From the IMG/VR virus record IMGVR_UViG_3300021139_000004: a stretch of DNA of 20,000 nt; one strand, written 5' to 3'. This DNA comes from an uncultured virus (IMG/VR IMGVR_UViG_3300021139_000004) (lineage: Duplodnaviria; Heunggongvirae; Uroviricota; Caudoviricetes). The number at the start of each line of letters is the position of its first letter. The stretch's first letter is position 1. A program made the position numbers and the translations under genes. Positions 1 through 5,328 of the stretch are shown here, in pieces. The notes under the pieces are model-generated. The model saw only the letters and a list, made by a program, of their open reading frames with translations, was not told the DNA's origin and searched no databases.

Positions 1-1
1 A

Positions 2-169
2 CAACATACTCGTGTTGTTCGTAATGTTGATACTGTTAATGACGTGTTTGATTTGTTTGAACACAATTATCCAGAATATCGCATCTATCGTATTATGGAA
101 ATGGATACAACCATATGGTATGGTCAACCAACTCCTAGTGATCCAAGAATAGAATATATTGGTGCATGA
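2..169 (+). CDS. 3' part of a hypothetical protein (truncated by the window edge); stop codon lies inside tRNA-Cys
   Basis: Frame open from base 2: QHTRVVRNVDTVNDVFDLFEHNYPEYRIYRIMEMDTTIWYGQPTPSDPRIEYIGA*, with TGA at 167-169. Confidence 0.6.
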   Translation, partial: QHTRVVRNVDTVNDVFDLFEHNYPEYRIYRIMEMDTTIWYGQPTPSDPRIEYIGA

Positions 170-235
170 GTCAGATGGTAAGTCGCAGGTCTGCAAAACC
201 TTGAGAACCCAGTTCGATTCTGGGATGCACCTCCA
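161..235 (+). tRNA. tRNA-Cys(GCA)
   Basis: Acceptor GGTGCAT/ATGCACC, U73, CCA; anticodon loop CT-GCA-AA; T arm CCCAG-TTCGATT-CTGGG. D stem is weak and position 8 is G. Confidence 0.9.
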
Positions 236-241
236 AAGCTC

Positions 242-347
242 GAGATGATGGTAGATACCGTGGACCACTGTTATTAGTGCACGACCTGTCAGGGGCGTGG
301 TTCCGGTCACAATTCTATCTCATTTGCGCCCAATATCTGTGCGGGTG
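242..347 (+). ncRNA. candidate structured RNA between tRNA-Cys and tRNA-Gly
   Basis: Nested helices found by eye: 243-255/314-325, 257-266/299-307, inner hairpins 267-278 and 280-299, and a further hairpin 327-347. No credible ORF. Confidence 0.4.
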
Positions 348-357
348 ATCAATTTTA

Positions 358-432
358 GCGGGTATAGCACAGCGGTAGTGCGTCACGTTGCCAACGTGAA
401 GGTCGTCGGTTCGATCCCGACTACCCGCTCCA
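358..432 (+). tRNA. tRNA-Gly(GCC)
   Basis: GCGGGTA/TACCCGC, U73, CCA; TCACG-TT GCC AA-CGTGA. Confidence 0.97.
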
Positions 433-509
433 GTTCCGATAGCTCAACTGAATAGAGCACTGGTCTACGAAACCAGAGGCTGAAGGTTTGAATCCTTCTC
501 GGAACACCA
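433..509 (+). tRNA. tRNA-Arg(ACG)
   Basis: GTTCCGA/TCGGAAC-A-CCA; CTGGT-CT ACG AA-ACCAG; T loop TTTGAAT. Abuts the previous CCA with no spacer. Confidence 0.92.
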
Positions 510-513
510 ATAT

Positions 514-588
514 TCGGATGTAGCTCAGTGGTAGAGCTTCTGCCTTCCAAGCAGAATGTCGTGGGTTCGACCCCCATCGTCCGCTCCA
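514..588 (+). tRNA. tRNA-Gly(TCC) with a U1:C72 mismatch
   Basis: TCGGATG/CGTCCGC-T-CCA; TCTGC-CT TCC AA-GCAGA. Confidence 0.9.
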
Positions 589-593
589 ATAAT

Positions 594-670
594 GCCCGAG
601 TAGTCCAATTGGCAGAGGCGTCCGCCTTAGAAGCGGAATGTTGGGGGTTCAAATCCCTCCTCGGGCACCA
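594..670 (+). tRNA. tRNA-Leu(TAG) with a short variable loop
   Basis: GCCCGAG/CTCGGGC-A-CCA; TCCGC-CT TAG AA-GCGGA; 77 nt. Confidence 0.92.
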
Positions 671-671
671 T

Positions 672-747
672 GCTACCTTAGTGTAATTGGTAAGCACCCG
701 AGTTTGTGGTACTCGGAGTTCTAGTTCGAATCTAGGAGGTAGTACCA
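672..747 (+). tRNA. tRNA-His(GTG), alphaproteobacterial type
   Basis: GCTACCT/AGGTAGT-A-CCA; CGAGT-TT GTG GT-ACTCG; the base at -1 is T. Confidence 0.93.
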
Positions 748-753
748 AAGTTT

Positions 754-844
754 AGGAAGGCTGCAGAGACGGTGGTTCTGCGACAGACTGTAAATCTGTT
801 CCCTAAGGGTAACACTGGGGGTTCGAATCCCTCCCTTCCTACCA
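754..844 (+). tRNA. tRNA-Tyr(GTA)
   Basis: AGGAAGG/CCTTCCT-A-CCA; ACAGA-CT GTA AA-TCTGT; long variable arm CCC-TAA-GGG. Confidence 0.9.
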
Positions 845-848
845 ATTC

Positions 849-924
849 GCCGATGTAGCTCAGCGGTAGAGCGAATCGCCTCATACGCGACAGGTCGCTG
901 GTTCAAATCCAGCTTTCGGCACCA
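849..924 (+). tRNA. tRNA-CAT (elongator Met or Ile2; not initiator-like)
   Basis: GCCGATG/TTTCGGC-A-CCA; loop CT CAT AC; G1-C72 is paired and the anticodon stem has no GGG/CCC. Confidence 0.88.
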
Positions 925-960
925 TTGATGAACCACAAGACACAAAAATACTGAAAGGGA

Positions 961-1086
961 ATTGGTTACCTGAGTAGAGTATCTGGAAGACTTGTGCCTT
1001 CGGGTTTGATCTAACCAGTCAAGTTCGTACGTCGAAGGGCGCTGTAGTCGAGCAGCAGGCAAGGTGTGGAGAACACCATCGACAAC
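961..1086 (+). ncRNA. candidate structured RNA between tRNA-CAT and tRNA-Pro
   Basis: Long imperfect hairpin closed by ATTGGTTA/TAACCAGT (961-1019), then a possible pseudoknot carrying a GGTGT-GGAGA-ACACC hairpin. Confidence 0.45.
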
Positions 1087-1092
1087 TATTAT

Positions 1093-1169
1093 CGGAGATT
1101 AGCGCAGTCTGGTAGCGCATCTGCTTTGGGAGCAGAGGGTCGCAAGTTCGAATCTTGCATCTCCGACCA
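1093..1169 (+). tRNA. tRNA-Pro(TGG)
   Basis: CGGAGAT/ATCTCCG-A-CCA; TCTGC-TT TGG GA-GCAGA. Confidence 0.97.
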
Positions 1170-1183
1170 TCATAGGAGTATGC

Positions 1184-1300
1184 ATGAAATGGTACGATAA
1201 ATATACTATGATCATCGATAATATCAACAAGTTGATATGGCTATCTTTGATGATTCACTGGATTTTGACTGATATTAAATTAACGGATCTTGTAAAGTAG
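1184..1300 (+). CDS. small hypothetical protein, 38 aa, hydrophobic core
   Basis: AGGAG 5 nt upstream of ATG; MKWYDKYTMIIDNINKLIWLSLMIHWILTDIKLTDLVK*; fills the gap between tRNA-Pro and the next CDS. Confidence 0.6.
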   Translation: MKWYDKYTMIIDNINKLIWLSLMIHWILTDIKLTDLVK

Positions 1301-1303
1301 AAC

Positions 1304-2059
1304 ATGAAAAAAATAGCGCTCTTTATGAATCATCCACAGTGTTCAAGACAATGTTGTAGTGGTATAATAAAGTCGTTATCTTCTAATTACACTTTCAAAA
1401 TCTTCACTAAAGAATCTAATATAATCGAAGTATTAAACAACGCTGATGCTGTCTTTTTTCCGGGCGGCATCGGCGATGCTGATTCTTACGACAAGTTTTT
1501 TCGTAGAAAAGCCGGTAATGCTGTAGCAGACTTTGTTCAAAATGGTGGAAAATATATTGGTGTCTGCATGGGTGCTTATTGGGCAGGTTCTAGATATTTC
1601 GATATCTTACAAGATGTAGATGCAGTACAATATATCAAACGTCCTGATGCAGACATTCGTAGATCTTATGGTACAGTTGCAAACGTAATTTGGCAAAACA
1701 AATGGAAAAAAATGTTTTTCTATGATGGTTGTGCTTTGATTGGTGATCAATCAAAGTTTACGACCTACGCTCGTTATGTCAATGGTGATCCGATGGCTAT
1801 CATTCAAGACAATATCGGTATCATTGGTTGCCATCCTGAAAGTCAAGAGTTCTGGTATGATAAACCATACGAGTATATCAAACAGCATTGGCACAAGGGT
1901 GAACATAATAAACTTTTGTTACGATTTGTAAACGATTTGATGGTGCCTTCGTCTAGCGGTTTAGGACATCGCCCTTTCACGGCGAAGATCACGGGTTCGA
2001 ATCCCGTAGGCACTGCCATAATGGAGAGTGGGCAGGATGGTAATGCAGCGGTTTGCTAA
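1304..2059 (+). CDS. BPL_N-like / class I glutamine amidotransferase-like protein; frame runs through tRNA-Glu into tRNA-Ser
   Basis: Motifs FPGG, GGKYIGVCMGAY (nucleophile elbow) and GCHPE (His-x-Glu). The protein-like part ends near base 1940; the rest is translated tRNA. Confidence 0.8.
   Translation: MKKIALFMNHPQCSRQCCSGIIKSLSSNYTFKIFTKESNIIEVLNNADAVFFPGGIGDADSYDKFFRRKAGNAVADFVQNGGKYIGVCMGAYWAGSRYFDILQDVDAVQYIKRPDADIRRSYGTVANVIWQNKWKKMFFYDGCALIGDQSKFTTYARYVNGDPMAIIQDNIGIIGCHPESQEFWYDKPYEYIKQHWHKGEHNKLLLRFVNDLMVPSSSGLGHRPFTAKITGSNPVGTAIMESGQDGNAAVC
1942..2018 (+). tRNA. tRNA-Glu(TTC)
   Basis: GGTGCCT/AGGCACT-G-CCA; TCGCC-CT TTC AC-GGCGA. Confidence 0.95.
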
Positions 2060-2108
2060 ACCGTACAACCGCAAGGTTGAATTGGTTCGATTCCAATACT
2101 CTCCGCCA
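2023..2108 (+). tRNA. tRNA-Ser(GCT)
   Basis: GGAGAGT/ACTCTCC-G-CCA; loop TT GCT AA; variable arm CAACC-GCAA-GGTTG. Confidence 0.93.
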
Positions 2109-2111
2109 TAT

Positions 2112-2185
2112 ATCGGTGTCGTATAATGGTAGTACAAGGGTCTCCAAAACCTTTAGCGTGGGTTCGATTCCTACCACCGGTGCCA
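2112..2185 (+). tRNA. tRNA-Trp(CCA)
   Basis: ATCGGTG/CACCGGT-G-CCA; AGGGT-CT CCA AA-ACCTT. Confidence 0.95.
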
Positions 2186-2202
2186 ATTTAAATGGGTGTT
2201 GA

Positions 2203-3402
2203 ATGAAAATAGGTATTATTGGTGCAGGAACTGCTAGTGCAGTTTCTCTTATTTCGATGTTACACGTATTTCGTGAAAGACGATTTAACGATTATGAGAT
2301 AGTCTGTATTGCAGATCCTAAAATTCCTATCACACACGTAGGTGAAAGTTTAAGTTCTTTGATCTTGCTTAAGATGATCGATGTATTAGATTTTGATCTC
2401 GTCGATGATCTGATCGAAATTGATGGAACTCTTAGAATTCAAAGTAGAGCTTTTTGGGAACGCGCTAACGGACACGACTTTAAAGTCAAATATGGTTTAC
2501 CGGGTTTACACGTCAATAGTGAAAAGTTCAGCAAGTTTGTAATCGATAGGATATTAAAACTCTATCCTAACGTGTCTATCGTTTATGACAACGTAGAAAA
2601 AATAATTGATACAGATGACGGCGCTACTCTATTTCTCAGTGATAATAAGAGTGTCGATTTTACTTTTGTCATCAATTGTACTGGTACTCCAACCGCAGAA
2701 GAACTCGCTAAAGATTACGAAGTTCCGGAATTCATTTCTGTCAACGCTGCGATCTTATATCCTGACTTCAAAAAGTACGACGAGATGTTTACATCGTCTT
2801 ACGTACACGACAATGGTTGGATGTTTGGTGTACCTCTTCAACACAGAAAAGCTTTTGGTTACTGCTATAACAATAATATAACTTCGAAAGAAGAAGCGAT
2901 CAAAGATTTTTCAGAGATCAAAAACATAGACGCTTCTACATGCAGAAGTTTTGAATGGTCACAATACTATCGTAAAAAAATAATCGAGCGCAGTGTACTT
3001 TATCTTGGAAATAAATTATATTTTCTAGAACCTCAGCAGGGTTTGCCCTTACATTTTTATGGAATGATGATCACTGCATTTACCAATGAATTGTTTATGC
3101 CTAAAGATATAAACACTATTAGAGATGAGTTTAATAGATACTACAGGTTCAACATAGAAAACGTACAAGACTTGATCGCTCTTAATTATTCAGGTGAATG
3201 TAATATCGATTCTAAGTTTTGGAACTATGTAAAAGAACCCGCTAGACAGAGACTGAAAAACTCTGAAGTGTTTCAAAATTGGCTATCTACTTGTGAAAAA
3301 GAAAACAAGCTTATACCCTTTTGGTTCTTTGATGAAAAGATGATTAAAGCTTATATTGAAGGGTATAAGATTGATTTGGGAGAATTAAGATGCAGTTCAT
3401 GA
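2203..3402 (+). CDS. tryptophan halogenase-like flavoprotein
   Basis: N-terminal IGIIGAGTAS dinucleotide motif, PKIPITHVGES, VINCTG, NGWMFGVPLQHR (WxWxIP-like), GNKLYFLEP, DSKFW. Confidence 0.8.
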   Translation: MKIGIIGAGTASAVSLISMLHVFRERRFNDYEIVCIADPKIPITHVGESLSSLILLKMIDVLDFDLVDDLIEIDGTLRIQSRAFWERANGHDFKVKYGLPGLHVNSEKFSKFVIDRILKLYPNVSIVYDNVEKIIDTDDGATLFLSDNKSVDFTFVINCTGTPTAEELAKDYEVPEFISVNAAILYPDFKKYDEMFTSSYVHDNGWMFGVPLQHRKAFGYCYNNNITSKEEAIKDFSEIKNIDASTCRSFEWSQYYRKKIIERSVLYLGNKLYFLEPQQGLPLHFYGMMITAFTNELFMPKDINTIRDEFNRYYRFNIENVQDLIALNYSGECNIDSKFWNYVKEPARQRLKNSEVFQNWLSTCEKENKLIPFWFFDEKMIKAYIEGYKIDLGELRCSS

Positions 3403-3968
3403 ATTTGTGGGCAACACCCGTAGCTTTATTTCAACATCCAGATTATGAATCTATCAATGCAGAGATCATGCAACACGAAGAGCTAAGAGGGTGTAACTTC
3501 TTAGCTAAGAAAGATGTTTGGGATTACGTAGATCAAGTTCCAGCTCTTCGTACTCTGTATGACTGGATGCTAGATTGCACAGCGAAATACGCCGAACAAT
3601 GTTTTGATTTAGAATATGATCCATCATTCTTTATGCACGGTCATGGTTCAATCAACTACAGAGGCAAGGGTAACGAAGCGATGATGCACACACATCGCTT
3701 GACTACAGTCGTCATGACATACTACGTGAGTGTTCATGATAACTGCGGCGACATTCGCCTCTTAGATCCTCGCAGCACACTGGGATGGATAAGTAAGAAT
3801 GTAGCTAAACCCTACAATCAGTATACACACAGTCCTCAAAATGGACAGCTTATCATGTTTCCCGGTTGGGTAATGCACATGGTAGCTCAGAATCAAACTG
3901 ACAAAGAAAGAGTCGCTTTGACTTCCAATGTGTATCTGAAAGAAGAGTTTAAAGATAAGGTGTATTGA
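3390..3968 (+). CDS. putative 2OG-Fe(II) oxygenase (TIGR02466-like)
   Basis: HTH...TYYV...GDIRLLDPR...GQLIMFPGWVMHMV...ERVALTSN. Confidence 0.85.
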   Translation: MQFMNLWATPVALFQHPDYESINAEIMQHEELRGCNFLAKKDVWDYVDQVPALRTLYDWMLDCTAKYAEQCFDLEYDPSFFMHGHGSINYRGKGNEAMMHTHRLTTVVMTYYVSVHDNCGDIRLLDPRSTLGWISKNVAKPYNQYTHSPQNGQLIMFPGWVMHMVAQNQTDKERVALTSNVYLKEEFKDKVY

Positions 3969-3970
3969 TC

Positions 3971-4438
3971 ATGAAAAAGTTTATTGTGTTAGACGATGTA
4001 CTAGACGAAGAAACAAGAATCGCTGTTCGTGATTTTAGTTATGGACCAGCACTACCGCAGAAGTGGTATGATTATGGCGTAAGCCCAATTCATGAAAAGA
4101 TCATCGACGTAGCACGAGATTATTTCGATCTCAGTGATACGATTGGTTATGAGATGTGGTGTAATCAGCGTGCAGTTGGTTGGCACTACGATCATGACGA
4201 AGTAAAGTCAAAAGAAAATAATACGTTCGTGTTTCCTCCTGTAGCTATCGCTTACTATGCTGAAGTAGCTAATCTTGAAGGCGGAGACTTCGTATCAGAA
4301 ACTCATCGCATAACACCGATTACGAATCGTATCATTATGTTTTCACCCGGTCTTTATCACGGCGTGTATCCATATTCAGGTATTCGTAAAGCGATCAGTA
4401 TCAATCCTTGGTCGTACAAGATTGAAAACAAGATTTAG
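3971..4438 (+). CDS. 2OG-Fe(II) oxygenase family protein; the last base of its TAG stop is G1 of tRNA-Gly
   Basis: WHYD (HxD), LEGG, NRIIMFSPGLYHGV, RKAISIN. ATG at 3971 preferred over TTG at 3965. Confidence 0.82.
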   Translation: MKKFIVLDDVLDEETRIAVRDFSYGPALPQKWYDYGVSPIHEKIIDVARDYFDLSDTIGYEMWCNQRAVGWHYDHDEVKSKENNTFVFPPVAIAYYAEVANLEGGDFVSETHRITPITNRIIMFSPGLYHGVYPYSGIRKAISINPWSYKIENKI

Positions 4439-4512
4439 CGGGTATAGCTCAGAGGTAGAGCTTCAGTTTTCCAAACTGACTGTCATCGGTTCGATCCCGA
4501 TTGCCCGCTCCA
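4438..4512 (+). tRNA. tRNA-Gly(TCC), second copy with canonical G1-C72
   Basis: GCGGGTA/TGCCCGC-T-CCA; TCAGT-TT TCC AA-ACTGA. Confidence 0.96.
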
Positions 4513-4523
4513 AAGGATAAATT

Positions 4524-5261
4524 ATGTTCACATTTTTTCATCGTAAAAAGAAAATTGTAGTCGATTGTCTGACTTGTCTTCCGGCAGCGTATGAATATAC
4601 GCCTATCGTTAGAGCATCTAAGACGATCCCGGACTGGTGGAAGAAGTTAGAACACGTAGGTCCTCTTAAAAAAGAAAACGGTGTCTATGACATCGAAAAT
4701 AACATGAAGAACTGTTACGGTTTTGTAGAGCTTTACAAAAGAGGTGCAGTCATTGAAAACTGGTGTGACATCTATCTGAATGTTTCACAAGAAGGTTATG
4801 AATACTACAAGAGTTATGGCATAGCACCCCAGCAGCATCGAAGAGAAGAATACAAGGGTGGATTTGAAAACTATCATCATATAAAGTTGATAAGCCCTTG
4901 GCACTTCAGAGAAAAGACTGGAATGCATTTTCTTTTCATGGGTGCAGAATGGGCAATCGAATATCCAGTAAAAGTTTTACCGGGTGTCGTACAGTATCGA
5001 GATAATTGCGGTACTCATATTAACATGATGTTACCAAAGTATCATGAATCGTATGATTTTACACTCAAATTGGGTCAACCTCTAGCGCATATCATTCCAT
5101 TAAATGATGATGTAAAGGTCGAGTTCAAAAATCATCTTCTTACTGAAGAAGAACTCAAAAAAGAAATGAGATTTGGTGGTCTTTCATTAGATGGTATGAG
5201 AGGCGTTACAGACATCGTAAAACGAAACAACGCACGTAAGTGTCCGTTCGGTTTTGGATAA
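4524..5261 (+). CDS. conserved phage hypothetical protein ending KCPFGFG (possibly DUF6065-like)
   Basis: 245-aa ORF with AAGGA SD; pattern P.WWK...MK.C.G...PW...LPGVV...G.PLAHIIP. The family call is tentative. Confidence 0.7.
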   Translation: MFTFFHRKKKIVVDCLTCLPAAYEYTPIVRASKTIPDWWKKLEHVGPLKKENGVYDIENNMKNCYGFVELYKRGAVIENWCDIYLNVSQEGYEYYKSYGIAPQQHRREEYKGGFENYHHIKLISPWHFREKTGMHFLFMGAEWAIEYPVKVLPGVVQYRDNCGTHINMMLPKYHESYDFTLKLGQPLAHIIPLNDDVKVEFKNHLLTEEELKKEMRFGGLSLDGMRGVTDIVKRNNARKCPFGFG

Positions 5262-5323
5262 ATAGAGCATGATCATTTCGTTATGTTTCTGATGATTGAA
5301 AAATCACCAATTCATAACGGAGT
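5257..5323 (+). promoter_or_regulatory. variant late promoter GATAAATA plus an SD-sequestering leader hairpin
   Basis: GATAAATA at 5257-5264; ATTTCGTTATG (5275-5285) pairs with CATAACGGAGT (5313-5323); inner hairpin TGATT-GAAA-AATCA. Confidence 0.5.
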
Positions 5324-5328
5324 CTCTA

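Noticed and set aside
594..670. Amber suppressor tRNA or recoded genetic code
   Set aside because: Anticodon TAG reads CUA (Leu); a suppressor needs anticodon CTA. Long genes are intact in the standard code and TAG is used as a stop.
383..1062. Minus-strand ORFs 383-748 and 721-1062
   Set aside because: Antisense translations of tRNA genes.
236..1092. Theta/HDV-like or hammerhead ribozyme, tmRNA, SRP or 6S RNA in the spacers
   Set aside because: I could not fit the HDV nested pseudoknot, a CUGANGA/GAAA core, a tag frame or the SRP loop by eye. Left as unassigned ncRNA candidates.
1989..2186. Minus-strand 65-aa ORF
   Set aside because: Antisense to tRNA-Glu/Ser/Trp.
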